Assembly: GCA_049437325.1 (NCBI GenBank)
Contig: JBMTIM010000006.1
Location: 3,453 to 67,452 of the forward strand
DNA: 64,000 nucleotides
Direction of reading: 5' to 3'
Source of the DNA: Acidimicrobiales bacterium
Lineage (GTDB): Bacteria > Actinomycetota > Acidimicrobiia > Acidimicrobiales > Aldehydirespiratoraceae
The position numbers were made by a program, and so were the translations under genes. Shown here in pieces: positions 54,879 through 64,000 of this stretch. The notes below the pieces were generated by a model. It saw only the letters and a list, made by a program, of their open reading frames with translations, did not search any database and was not told the DNA's origin. The stretch's first letter is position 1. Each line of letters begins with the position of its first letter.

Positions 54879-55943
54879 ATGCAATCCCCCCTGCTGCGTC
54901 TCGTAGCGTTGCTCCTCAGTTTCACTCTCCTCGCCGCTGCGTGTGGCGACGATGACCCGCTCGAAAGCTCCGACACCGGCGAAGAGTCATCCGACGAGGA
55001 AATGGCTGATGACGAAGGCCCTGGAACGATTGTCGATGTCGCCGTTGGTGCTGGAAGCTTCGACATCTTGGTCGCTGCGGTCATCGAAGCAGGACTCGCC
55101 GACACCCTCAGTAGTGACGGCCCCTTCACCGTCTTCGCTCCAACCGACGACGCATTCGTCGCCGCCCTAGATGCCCTCGGTTTGACCGCCGAAGAACTGC
55201 TTGCCAACCCAGCCCTCGCTGAAATTCTCACCTACCACGTCGTCGCCGGCGAAGTGGATGCCGCCACGGCGATCAGCCTCGACGGCCAGTCGGCCCCATC
55301 CGTCCAGGGTGAAGAGATTGCTATCTCGGTCGTCGACGGAAGCGTTGTCATCAACGACAGCGCCACCGTCGTCGCCGCTGACGTCGCCGCCAGCAACGGC
55401 ATCATCCACGTCATCGACGCCGTCATCCTTCCCCCGTCGATCGCTGAGGTCCTCCTCGGTGGCGATATGGAGGAAGAGGAAGAGGACGACATGGCAGAGG
55501 AAGAAGCCACGGAGGAGCCCGGAACTATCTACGAGCAAGCCGAAGCCGACAGCAGCCTCAAGACCTTCGTCGCTGCTGTTCAGGCCGCCGGACTGGTCGA
55601 GACGCTGAGCGGTGAGGGGCCCTTCACCGTCTTCGCCCCGACCGACGATGCGTTCGCCGCCGCCCTCGACGCCCTCGGCCTCACTGCCGAAGAACTTCTT
55701 GCCGATACCGACACCCTGACCGCCGTCCTCACGTACCACGTGATCGCAGGCGAGGTCGACGCCGCGACCGCCATCAGCCTCGACGGCCAGTCGGCTGCCA
55801 CGGTCAACGGTGCCGAAATCGCCATCTCCGTGGTCGACGGCAGCGTCGTCATCAACGACACCGCCACCGTCTTCTACGCTGACATCGCCGCCAGCAACGG
55901 CATCATCCACCTGATCGACGCCGTCCTCCTCCCGGCGTCCTGA
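54879..55943 (+). CDS. lipoprotein with two fasciclin (FAS1) domains
   Basis: Lipobox LLAAACG. Two copies of GPFTVFAPTDDAF...LTYHV(V/I)AGEV...NGIIH(V/L)IDAV(I/L)LP are separated by acidic linkers. Confidence 0.85.
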   Translation: MQSPLLRLVALLLSFTLLAAACGDDDPLESSDTGEESSDEEMADDEGPGTIVDVAVGAGSFDILVAAVIEAGLADTLSSDGPFTVFAPTDDAFVAALDALGLTAEELLANPALAEILTYHVVAGEVDAATAISLDGQSAPSVQGEEIAISVVDGSVVINDSATVVAADVAASNGIIHVIDAVILPPSIAEVLLGGDMEEEEEDDMAEEEATEEPGTIYEQAEADSSLKTFVAAVQAAGLVETLSGEGPFTVFAPTDDAFAAALDALGLTAEELLADTDTLTAVLTYHVIAGEVDAATAISLDGQSAATVNGAEIAISVVDGSVVINDTATVFYADIAASNGIIHLIDAVLLPAS

Positions 55944-56049
55944 AGCACTGATCGTTGACTGACATGATTTCGCCCGCCGGTACCGCTGCCGCCCGTCCCC
56001 TCCAAGGCCAGCCAGTGGACCGGCGGGCGCCAATCATGCGGAGTCAGAC

Positions 56050-56652
56050 ATGACCCTCACCGAAATCCGCCCACCGATAGCTCCAGAAGCTCGCTACAGT
56101 CGTCGTGTGACTGCAGCCCAGGCCCGGGTCGGGGATGATGTTGAGTCCGCCTTCGCACGCGGCGACGACAACGCCCTCCGCTTGGCCTACGAAGCCCACG
56201 GCCGGATGGTCTACGGCTTCTGTGCCCGCTCCCTCGATCCCGAGCGTGCGAAAGACGTCACCCAAGAGGTATTCGTCAGTGCGTGGAAGGCTCGCCACCG
56301 ATACGACCCAGCGAAAGGTCGACTTGGTGCCTGGATCATGGCCATCACCCGCAACCGGATCATCGACAACGTGCGATCCGAAAAGCGCCACAGTGACCGG
56401 CGGGCCGACGAGGACGCGATCGATCTCTCCACCGAATCCGAGGTCGACGCCACCAGCGACAAGATGCTGGTAGCCGCCGCCCTGCTCGAACTCCCTGAGC
56501 GTGCCCGAGAGGTCATCACGCTCGCCTACTTCCACGACCTCACCCATCCTCAAATTGCCGAACGCACCAACATTCCGCTCGGAACCGTGAAGAGTGACAT
56601 CCGGCGAGGACTGGCTCGGATTCGGCACCACCTGGAGAACCAGAATGACTGA
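56050..56652 (+). CDS. ECF (group IV) RNA polymerase sigma factor
   Basis: Region 2 is DVTQEVFVSAWKARHRYDP...LGAWIMAITRNRIID. Region 4 is LPERAREVITLAYFHDLTHPQIAERTNIPLGTVKSDIRRGL. Confidence 0.9.
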   Translation: MTLTEIRPPIAPEARYSRRVTAAQARVGDDVESAFARGDDNALRLAYEAHGRMVYGFCARSLDPERAKDVTQEVFVSAWKARHRYDPAKGRLGAWIMAITRNRIIDNVRSEKRHSDRRADEDAIDLSTESEVDATSDKMLVAAALLELPERAREVITLAYFHDLTHPQIAERTNIPLGTVKSDIRRGLARIRHHLENQND

Positions 56653-57319
56653 CGACGTTCTGCATCTGACCGATGACCACAGCCGCATCGAGGCGATCTT
56701 GCGGACGATGACCGACGAGGACCTCGAAGTGGACGCCCCGCCGACAGACCTGTGGCATGCAATCGAAGCGTCGGTGGGGGCGGAGCATCACGGTGCCGGC
56801 TTCACTCACGATGCCGATGACACCGTCATCGATGCCGCCGGGCGATTTCAGGTGCGGCCAACGATCCTTGTCGCAGCCGCAGCCGCACTGATCGTGTTGG
56901 TCGGCGTCTTCGTGACCGCTGCGATTTCCGAGAGCCCGGACTACGAGGTCGTCGGTGGCGCAGAGCTGCGCTGGGCCGAGGGGTTCGTGGATGACGGCGT
57001 CGATGCGACCGCCTGGGCGTCGGTGCTCGCCGACGGCGACGCCGACGCGATCCGGCTCGACGAGACAACACTCCCCGTTGCTCCCGACGGCGAAGATCTC
57101 GAGCTGTGGGTGATCGGCGTCGACAGTGCAGGCGAACTCACGATTCAAAGCGTCGGCGTGATCGACGACCCAACCGACGGGCGGGTCTACGAGGTTCCCG
57201 CAGCATTCGACCCTGCGTCGTTCGACACCGTGCTTGTCGACATCAGCTTCGAGCCTCGGGACGGCAATGCCGCCCACTCGGGAGCATCGATCGTGCGCGG
57301 GCCAGTTGTCGAGGCCTAG
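56645..57319 (+). CDS. anti-sigma factor (RskA-like, single TM)
   Basis: The start overlaps the ECF sigma stop. It has a central TM (ILVAAAAALIVLVGVFVTAAI) and an extracytoplasmic LELWVIG-type domain. Confidence 0.7.
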   Translation: MTDDVLHLTDDHSRIEAILRTMTDEDLEVDAPPTDLWHAIEASVGAEHHGAGFTHDADDTVIDAAGRFQVRPTILVAAAAALIVLVGVFVTAAISESPDYEVVGGAELRWAEGFVDDGVDATAWASVLADGDADAIRLDETTLPVAPDGEDLELWVIGVDSAGELTIQSVGVIDDPTDGRVYEVPAAFDPASFDTVLVDISFEPRDGNAAHSGASIVRGPVVEA

Positions 57320-58125
57320 GCCCCCGTTTCGATCATCTGCCAAACCGTCTTCGTGTAGGCCGGCGTGAAACCGAACCGGAGCAGGTTCCTCGCCGAGTCA
57401 CCACCCCGTCGGGCCAGCGATATCGCATAGCGACAGTCGTGTTCTTCTGCGTATCGGAGTCGCCAGCTGATCAGCGCTGCGTGGGCACCTCTCCGTCGCT
57501 CCTCGGGGCGAGTGGACATGCCGCCCAGCACAGCCACACCGTGCGATATGCGCAGCGTGGCGCAGGCGAGTGGTCGACCGTCCAGCGAGTCGCGAGCGAG
57601 CAGCAGACCAGGACGGTCGGTTTCGAATGCCGCTGCGCTGAACGCGTCGTTGGCAGCCTGTGCCGCCGCAGACGTGTGGCCCCACCCGACCGCCGAGGAG
57701 AGCTGCCAGATCGGAAGCTCCGCTTCGCCGATGAAGGCAATGTCGATACCAGGGATCGCCTCCGGTATCGATCCGAGACCGTGTGCCATGACAATCTGGT
57801 TGTCGTTCGGAAGCCAGCTGCGTTCACGCAGTGCGGTGACCGCATCGGTGCGGGTGGCATCGCAGAACTCGAATGCCGGTGTGACCCCGACCTGCGTGGC
57901 CCGATCGACGACTGCGTCGATGTCGTCGTGCGTGATCGGCTCGGTCAGACCGGCAGCCATCACCTGGTTGACGAACAGGCCGGGTCCTGCCAGAACCGCC
58001 CAGCCGTCTGCCACGCCGAACGTCGTGGATCCCCATGACGGGTCCCGTCCGGCGAGCACACTCACAAGATGCCGCTGAGCCTCGGCCCCCAGGCGTTCGA
58101 GTTCGACAACTTCCGCTGAACGCAC
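57316..58125 (-). CDS. GNAT family N-acetyltransferase
   Basis: The acetyl-CoA motif is VLGGMSTRPEERRRGAHAALISWRL in the C-terminal half. Confidence 0.75.
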   Translation of the reverse strand: MRSAEVVELERLGAEAQRHLVSVLAGRDPSWGSTTFGVADGWAVLAGPGLFVNQVMAAGLTEPITHDDIDAVVDRATQVGVTPAFEFCDATRTDAVTALRERSWLPNDNQIVMAHGLGSIPEAIPGIDIAFIGEAELPIWQLSSAVGWGHTSAAAQAANDAFSAAAFETDRPGLLLARDSLDGRPLACATLRISHGVAVLGGMSTRPEERRRGAHAALISWRLRYAEEHDCRYAISLARRGGDSARNLLRFGFTPAYTKTVWQMIETGA

Positions 58126-58126
58126 G

Positions 58127-59464
58127 TCAGAGGGTGAACATCATCTCCGACACGAGCGCGCCGGGCAGCCGCAGGCTCTCCATCGACCGGTGCTCGTACG
58201 TCGACGAATCCAGGATCGTCTCGGCCGTGTCGGTGAGACCTTCGAGCCGATCACCGAGGAGGTTGAAGGCAGAGTCGTCGAACCGCAACACCTCGATCGG
58301 TGCCACGATCTCGCCCTCCTCGACCCAGAAGGTACCGAATCGGGTCATGCCGGTTGTGCGACATGCAGTGCGATCCGAGAAGTTGAGGTACCACAAGTTG
58401 CCGATGTAGAGGCCCGAACCGAGTGCATCGAGCAGTCCGTCGGAGGGGAGGGACCCCGGGCTCATCGCGATGGCGAGCGGATACTCGTAGTCCTCGGCAC
58501 CGTTCGTGGCAACGCCGTACTCCTGGGCCGAGCGTGGCGATACGAGATGACTGTCGAAGGCGCCTCGCGTGATCAGCTGAACCGTGTCCGGTCGCCGAAA
58601 GCCAGCCCGCTGAAAGTCGGGCGCCACACCCCCGGCGATGTCCTCGACAATCGATACATCCGATGCAAAGGAGGCGCCCTCGGTCACCATCCGGAGCAGC
58701 GGTGTCTGACGGGTTTCGTGAGCCCGAAGCCCGAAGCCACCCCACGACAGCATGCCCATGAGCTCCTGCATTGCCGCAGGCGTGAGGTAGGCGCGGTACC
58801 CGCCAGGCGGAAGGTTCTTCGGTGGTCGACCGAGCGCCGCCAGTTCGCGTACCGACCAGTCGAGTTTCGAGCGAAAGGCCTGTTCGTCCCAGCCGGTGCC
58901 TGCGTATGCGTTCTTTGTGGCCTTGTCGCCTCGCAGGTGCAACGACCAGTCGAGATTGAACGTCGTCGCATCGAACCAGTTGCGCTGACCCATCGACGAC
59001 CCGAAGGCTTCAAAGGTGGAGCCGGCGGCGTAGATCCCGACGAAGTCATTTCCGGTCGCACCTGTCGCGACTGCATCGACGGCATCGGCCGCCGCAGGAA
59101 GTTCTCCCACAACCGAGCGCTCGGAGTCGATCCCGTCGGTTGCGAACAGGAGGTAGGGGTCTTCAGGCAACACGGCTCGTTGTGCCCGGAGATCGTCGAG
59201 CAACACTGCGACACGAGCCTGGTCGGTCGCGCCATGCCCGGTGAGGGTCACGGTTCCCTCTGCGTGGTTGCGACCGCTGATCAGATCGATGGTCAGCGAC
59301 CGCTGTTGCACACTCCCGGCCTGACGGACGACTGCGTGATTGAAGCGAACGAAATCGCTGTTCTCACCGCGCAACGACGCCAGCAGCACCTCGTCGGCGC
59401 GCAGGGTACCGGTTGCCCACGTGACGAGATCGTCGAACTGTTGGCGGGTGTCGTCGATGCTCAC
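58127..59464 (-). CDS. TldD/PmbA family metallopeptidase (PmbA/TldE-like)
   Basis: The family-typical C-terminus is GLYIGNLWYLNFSDR...TGMTRFGTFWVEEGEI. It is paired with tldD by a 4-nt overlap. Confidence 0.85.
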   Translation of the reverse strand: MSIDDTRQQFDDLVTWATGTLRADEVLLASLRGENSDFVRFNHAVVRQAGSVQQRSLTIDLISGRNHAEGTVTLTGHGATDQARVAVLLDDLRAQRAVLPEDPYLLFATDGIDSERSVVGELPAAADAVDAVATGATGNDFVGIYAAGSTFEAFGSSMGQRNWFDATTFNLDWSLHLRGDKATKNAYAGTGWDEQAFRSKLDWSVRELAALGRPPKNLPPGGYRAYLTPAAMQELMGMLSWGGFGLRAHETRQTPLLRMVTEGASFASDVSIVEDIAGGVAPDFQRAGFRRPDTVQLITRGAFDSHLVSPRSAQEYGVATNGAEDYEYPLAIAMSPGSLPSDGLLDALGSGLYIGNLWYLNFSDRTACRTTGMTRFGTFWVEEGEIVAPIEVLRFDDSAFNLLGDRLEGLTDTAETILDSSTYEHRSMESLRLPGALVSEMMFTL

Positions 59465-60897
59465 GCCACGCCTCCGAACACCTGCACGGCGCTGAACCGA
59501 CAGTGCGGGGCGGCATGACCGACACGGATCACTTGGTTGGGCTCACCCTTTCCACAATTGGGGGTTCCCATCGTGGTGAAATCGTCGGCCACCCCGGTCA
59601 GGTTCCGCCAAAACGTCGACGAGATTCCCCGGTAGTTCGGATTGCGGACGATTCCGGTGATCTCCCCGTTCTCGATCATCCGCCCGAGTTCACATCCGAA
59701 CTGGAACTTGTTGCGACTGTCGTCGATCGACCATGAGACATTGGTCTCCATCAGCACACCGTGCTCGACCCCGGCGATCAAGTCGTCGACGGTGGAGTCG
59801 CCGGGCTCGACGTTGAGGTTCGCCATACGATCGATGGGCGGTCGATTCCAGCTCGATGCCCTGCTGTTGGCGACCCCATCGAGTCCGGCCCGTACCTGCG
59901 AGATCGTCCCTCCCATGGGGCGCTGCAGGATGCCGTTCTCGATGAGGTACGTGCGTCGAGCCGGCGTGCCATCGTCGTCGTATCCATAGCTCGCCACCTC
60001 ACCGGCAACCGTCGGATCGAACGTGACGTTGAGCAACTCGGAGCCGTACTGGTAGCTGCCGAACATGTCGGGGGTGACAAAGCTCGTGCCGGCGTAATTG
60101 CGCTCGTCCCCGAGAATGCGATCGAGTTCGAGTGGGTGACCGATCGACTCGTGAATCTGGAGCACCATCTGATCAGGAGCGAGGATCAGATCCATGATGC
60201 CGGTCGGGCAATTCGGCGCATCGAGCAGCGCAACCGCCTCTTCCCCGATCCTGACGGGCGCATCGGCGAAGCCGTGCTCGGCCATCACCTCGAGACCGCC
60301 TTGGCCACCGAATGCGGCTCGGCCGTACGTCCGGGTCTGCGTGTTGGAACCGACGTTGGCGGTGGCATGGAGGTCGGGGAAGACCTGCCGAATGCGCTGC
60401 GCGACCCGTCCGCCGGCGTTGGTGACGAGGAGCGTCTCGACGTCGTACCGGATGATCGCGGCACCCCGGTCGACGATGCGTTCATCGACGTTCATCGCGG
60501 CGTCGGCGCGCGTCAGCATGGCGATCTGGTCGACCAGATCCATCGAGTCGAACGACTCCGCCACCGGCGTCTCGTAGTCCCCCACGGTATGGAGCAGCGG
60601 CGTCTGATCGACAACACTGCGTCCCGAGGTCGCTTGGGCCCAATCCGACGCCCGGTCGACCGCTGCCGCAAGGCCGGCATCGGTCAGATCACTCGTTGCC
60701 CCGTACCCGATGCCCCCGTTGCGCCACACCGTGAACATGACACCCTCGTCATGGGACGCTGCGGGAGGCTCGACCACCCCGTTCCGGACACCGAGTGTGG
60801 TGCTCTTCTCGACGACGTGTCGGGCACTCGCATAGTCGGCATCGGCAGGGAGCACCCTGCGCAGTCGGTCGTCGAGCCTGGTTTCCAGATCGGTCAT
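59461..60897 (-). CDS. tldD: TldD family metallopeptidase
   Basis: HESIGHPLE (HExxxH-type zinc site), GTSF, and the C-terminal NCGKG...RVG motif. Confidence 0.9.
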   Translation of the reverse strand: MTDLETRLDDRLRRVLPADADYASARHVVEKSTTLGVRNGVVEPPAASHDEGVMFTVWRNGGIGYGATSDLTDAGLAAAVDRASDWAQATSGRSVVDQTPLLHTVGDYETPVAESFDSMDLVDQIAMLTRADAAMNVDERIVDRGAAIIRYDVETLLVTNAGGRVAQRIRQVFPDLHATANVGSNTQTRTYGRAAFGGQGGLEVMAEHGFADAPVRIGEEAVALLDAPNCPTGIMDLILAPDQMVLQIHESIGHPLELDRILGDERNYAGTSFVTPDMFGSYQYGSELLNVTFDPTVAGEVASYGYDDDGTPARRTYLIENGILQRPMGGTISQVRAGLDGVANSRASSWNRPPIDRMANLNVEPGDSTVDDLIAGVEHGVLMETNVSWSIDDSRNKFQFGCELGRMIENGEITGIVRNPNYRGISSTFWRNLTGVADDFTTMGTPNCGKGEPNQVIRVGHAAPHCRFSAVQVFGGVA

Positions 60898-60981
60898 GCC
60901 GAGAGACTAGGCCTTCGACGGGTGGGGCCTGCCAGTCGCTTCGACACCCGTCGTTCCCGCCCGGTTCGACAGCGAACCCGA

Positions 60982-62478
60982 TCACGCCAGGTGGTCCACG
61001 AACCCCTCGAGTTGTCGCAGATTGCGAACCTCGAATGTGCCGTCGCAGTGCTGGGCGTATTCGCCAACGATCGAGTCACCCGTGTCCCAGTAGCTGTTCG
61101 GTTCCGGATTGAGCCAATGCACTGCACGCGCTTTGTCGCTCATCGCCTTGATGATCCAGCTCTCCGAGGCGTGATAGTTGTTTCGTGCGTCACCGAGAAT
61201 CATGATCGACGTGCGAGGTCCGATGTCGTTGCCGTACTTCTCCCAGAACACCTGGAGGGCGTGTCCATAGTCGGAGTGGCCGTCGACCCAGACCACGTCT
61301 GCTTCGGTGTTGACTCGGTGAACCGCTTCGTTGATGTCCTCGACCCCTTCGAACATGTGCGTGACCTCGTCGAGGCCATCGATGAAGACAAACGATCGGA
61401 CCTTCGAGAACTGGCCCGAGATGGCGTAGACGAGATGGAGCGTGAAGCGGGCAAACGCCGCAACCGATCCGGAGATGTCGGCGATCACGAAGATCTCGGG
61501 CTTGTGCGGTCGCGGGTTCCGAAACTTCGGCTCCGCCGGTACCCCGCCGTAGCTGAGGCTGGCACGTACCGTCCGTCGGAAATCGAGCGGCCCCTTCCGG
61601 CCATGCCGCCGCTTGCGTTGGAGGCGGGCCGCGAGCTTGCGAGTGAGCGGGTAGATGGCCTTGCGCAGCGACGCCATCTCCTCGCGAGACGCATGCATGA
61701 AGTCGACGTCTTCGGGGAGGGGCTTGCGCAGCGTCTTCGCCATCGCCTCGACGCCACGGTCGGCGACGAGACGACGACGGATCTCGGCCTCGATCTCCTT
61801 TTGCAGGCTGTCGATGCGTGACTGGTATTCGTCACGCTGAAGTCGCTGCTCGAAGTCCGATGGTACGTCGCCTTCCTCGTTCTGTTCCTGTTCGAGCAGT
61901 CGCTCGAGGACACCGTCGAGGTCGAGATTTCGCAGCGTCCGATACAGGTAGTAGGTGCCGCCGACAGGACGGCCGGGCTCCATCCCCGCGAAGCGTTTGA
62001 CCGCCTGACGAGCGACCCCTCGCATCATCTGCTGATCACCTCGCATGAGCGACTGATACAACATCTCGGCGAGCTCTTCGGGGGAGAGATTGTCGCCTCC
62101 GCCGCCCTGCTGATCACCACCCGCCTGTTCGCCCTGCTGCTCGTCGTCATCCATCTCCGGCAGTTCGATGGTGTCGTCGCCGATGGAGAACTCGTCACCG
62201 CGCAGCGAGAAGTAGACCTCGAAGACGGTTTCGAACGCCTTCCAGTGGTTGTGGTGCTTGACCAGTGTCGCCGCCAGGGCGTACTTGAACGTCTGTCGAT
62301 CGCCGAGGGGAACGTGTTTGACCGCCTCCATGGCGTCGAGATTCTCGGTGAGGCTCACCGGCAGTCCGGCAGCTCGTAGCTGCACGATGAACCCGTTGAG
62401 CAAGTCGAGGATCGGATCGCCGATCCCTTCCTGTGTCACCACAGCATCGTCGAACCCGGCACTCTCGGACACAGACAT
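60982..62478 (-). CDS. VWA domain protein (CoxE-like)
   Basis: The C-terminal von Willebrand A domain has the MIDAS motif VIADISGSV. The N-terminus has an acidic low-complexity insert. It lies directly downstream of a MoxR ATPase. Confidence 0.8.
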   Translation of the reverse strand: MSVSESAGFDDAVVTQEGIGDPILDLLNGFIVQLRAAGLPVSLTENLDAMEAVKHVPLGDRQTFKYALAATLVKHHNHWKAFETVFEVYFSLRGDEFSIGDDTIELPEMDDDEQQGEQAGGDQQGGGGDNLSPEELAEMLYQSLMRGDQQMMRGVARQAVKRFAGMEPGRPVGGTYYLYRTLRNLDLDGVLERLLEQEQNEEGDVPSDFEQRLQRDEYQSRIDSLQKEIEAEIRRRLVADRGVEAMAKTLRKPLPEDVDFMHASREEMASLRKAIYPLTRKLAARLQRKRRHGRKGPLDFRRTVRASLSYGGVPAEPKFRNPRPHKPEIFVIADISGSVAAFARFTLHLVYAISGQFSKVRSFVFIDGLDEVTHMFEGVEDINEAVHRVNTEADVVWVDGHSDYGHALQVFWEKYGNDIGPRTSIMILGDARNNYHASESWIIKAMSDKARAVHWLNPEPNSYWDTGDSIVGEYAQHCDGTFEVRNLRQLEGFVDHLA

Positions 62479-62491
62479 GGTCGATGACCGA

Positions 62492-63370
62492 TCAGGGGGA
62501 CACGCCGTCCGCAGTGGCGAGTTCTTTGATGGCCTTGTTGATGTCGCTCTGGTACTTCAAGAGGATGTTGATCGTCTGCGTTGCGGTCTGCTCATCGATT
62601 TTCTCGACCCCGAGCAGGACGAGCGTCTTTGCCCAATCGAGCGTCTCGGAGACACTCGGGTGCTTCTTGAGTTCGATCTGTCGAATCGATCGCACCACGC
62701 GCGCAACCTGGTCGGCGAGATTCTCGGTGATGTCCGGCACCTTGGTGAGCACGATCTCCTTCTCCCGCTCCAGGTCGGGGTAGTCGACGTGCAGGTAGAG
62801 GCAACGGCGCTTGAGCGCCTCAGAGAGCTCGCGGGTGTTGTTCGAGGTGAGGAACACCAGCGGGATCTGCTTCGCTTGGATCGTTCCGAGCTCAGGAATC
62901 GAGACCTGGTAGTCCGAGAGGATCTCGAGCAGGAGCGCCTCGGTTTCGACCTCGACGCGGTCGACCTCGTCGATGAGCAGCACAACCGGCTCGTCGGCGC
63001 TGATCGCCTCGAGGAGCGGACGGGTCAGAAGGAATTCATCACTGAAGATGTCGTCGCTGATGTCGTCCCACTCTTCGCCACCGGACTCGGCCTGGATGCG
63101 CAGGAGTTGCTTTTTGTAGTTCCACTCGTAGAGCGCCTTGGCTTCGTCGAGGCCCTCGTAGCACTGCAGGCGGATCAGGCGGGCCCCCGTGATCTCCGAG
63201 ACACTCTTCGCCAGCTGCGTCTTGCCGGTGCCGGCGGGACCCTCGACGAGGATCGGCTTCTCGAGTCGGTCGGCGAGATACACCACGCCGGCAATGCCGT
63301 CGTCGGACAGGTAGTCGACACCTGCGAGCTCATCTTTCAGGGACGCAACATCGGAGAAACGGTTCGACAT
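62492..63370 (-). CDS. MoxR-like AAA+ ATPase (CoxD-like)
   Basis: Walker A GPAGTGKT and Walker B LLIDEVDR. About 290 aa, typical of MoxR. Confidence 0.9.
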   Translation of the reverse strand: MSNRFSDVASLKDELAGVDYLSDDGIAGVVYLADRLEKPILVEGPAGTGKTQLAKSVSEITGARLIRLQCYEGLDEAKALYEWNYKKQLLRIQAESGGEEWDDISDDIFSDEFLLTRPLLEAISADEPVVLLIDEVDRVEVETEALLLEILSDYQVSIPELGTIQAKQIPLVFLTSNNTRELSEALKRRCLYLHVDYPDLEREKEIVLTKVPDITENLADQVARVVRSIRQIELKKHPSVSETLDWAKTLVLLGVEKIDEQTATQTINILLKYQSDINKAIKELATADGVSP

Positions 63371-63446
63371 GGCCGTCAGGTTAGCGGGCGTTAACCGGAG
63401 CCCCTTAGTCGATCCCGGCCGAACCGGGCTCGTTGTGCAACCGACG

Positions 63447-64000
63447 TCAGCGTCGAACCTGTCCGGTTCCCCGCACCACGAACTTCTCGGTTGTCAGTTG
63501 CTCCAACCCCATGGGTCCACGGGCATGCAACTTCTGGGTGGAAATGCCGATCTCGGCACCGAACCCGAACTCCTCACCATCGACGAACCGAGTCGACGCA
63601 TTGATGAGTACTGCGGCCGCATCGACCTCCCGAGCAAACCGGTCCGCCGCCCCGATGTCATTGGTGATGATCGCCTCGGAGTGGCCCGTGGACGTCTCGT
63701 TCACGTGGGCGATCGCTGCATCGAGATCGTCGACCACCTTCACGCTCATCTTCATGGCGAGGTACTCGGTGGCAAAGTCCTCGTCCGTCGCCTCGCCCAT
63801 CGCAACGAACGCCCGGGCCCGTTCGTCGCCGACCAGTTCGACCTCGCTCAGCGCACGAGCGGCCATCGGAAGAAACTCTGCGGCAATGGCGTGATGCACC
63901 ACGAGCGACTCGGCGGCGTTGCACACGCCGATGCGCTGCGTCTTCGCATTGACCGTGATGTCGACCGCCATTGCAAGATCGGCCGAAGCATCGACGTACA
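63447..64000 (-). CDS. proA: glutamate-5-semialdehyde dehydrogenase (gamma-glutamyl phosphate reductase), partial; continues beyond the window end
   Basis: [26 protein letters not shown] and [37 protein letters not shown] match ProA. The reading frame is open to position 64000. Confidence 0.9.
   Translation of the reverse strand, partial: YVDASADLAMAVDITVNAKTQRIGVCNAAESLVVHHAIAAEFLPMAARALSEVELVGDERARAFVAMGEATDEDFATEYLAMKMSVKVVDDLDAAIAHVNETSTGHSEAIITNDIGAADRFAREVDAAAVLINASTRFVDGEEFGFGAEIGISTQKLHARGPMGLEQLTTEKFVVRGTGQVRR

Overview
This is a GC-rich, gene-dense chromosomal segment with actinobacterial gene content and synteny. Supporting blocks are gcvH-FHA-MerR-nuclease-MerR (as in Mycobacterium Rv1826-Rv1830), lepA / hrcA-dnaJ-rsmE, rpsT, comEA-comEC ... 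holA, nadD-rsfS, and a BldD-like regulator. I cannot assign a taxon more precisely from sequence alone. I support about 66 protein-coding genes, 2 tRNAs (Pro-GGG, Ala-GGC), 1 cobalamin riboswitch and a few hairpins and palindromes. I see no rRNA, CRISPR, transposase or integrase. Most long ORFs in the track that lie antisense to these genes are GC-driven shadow ORFs. Main observations, most interesting first. (1) Two genes only make sense if an in-frame UGA is decoded as selenocysteine. One is selD itself (SHGAG-U-GCK). The other is an AhpD/CMD-family protein whose CxxC(x)3H redox motif reads C-F-Y-U-T-T-A-H. Each has a hairpin at SECIS distance, and an ORF caller splits or truncates both. (2) A single ORF fuses a Maf nucleotide pyrophosphatase domain to a group II PLP decarboxylase (GAD/CSAD-like). 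Its 3' end, including the stop codon, is tandemly repeated with a 33-bp in-frame period. (3) A cobalamin riboswitch leads a BtuF/C/D-like importer plus cobO salvage operon. (4) A BldD orthologue carries the RxD-X8-RxxD c-di-GMP signature. It sits next to a translationally coupled membrane pseudokinase and LysM protein pair. (5) A PhnZ-like HD-domain protein is clustered with a FAD oxidoreductase, a TauD-family dioxygenase and an LLM oxidoreductase. (6) MoxR, VWA, TldD, PmbA and a GNAT form a same-strand cluster. All functional calls come from reading motifs by eye. No database search or folding program was run.
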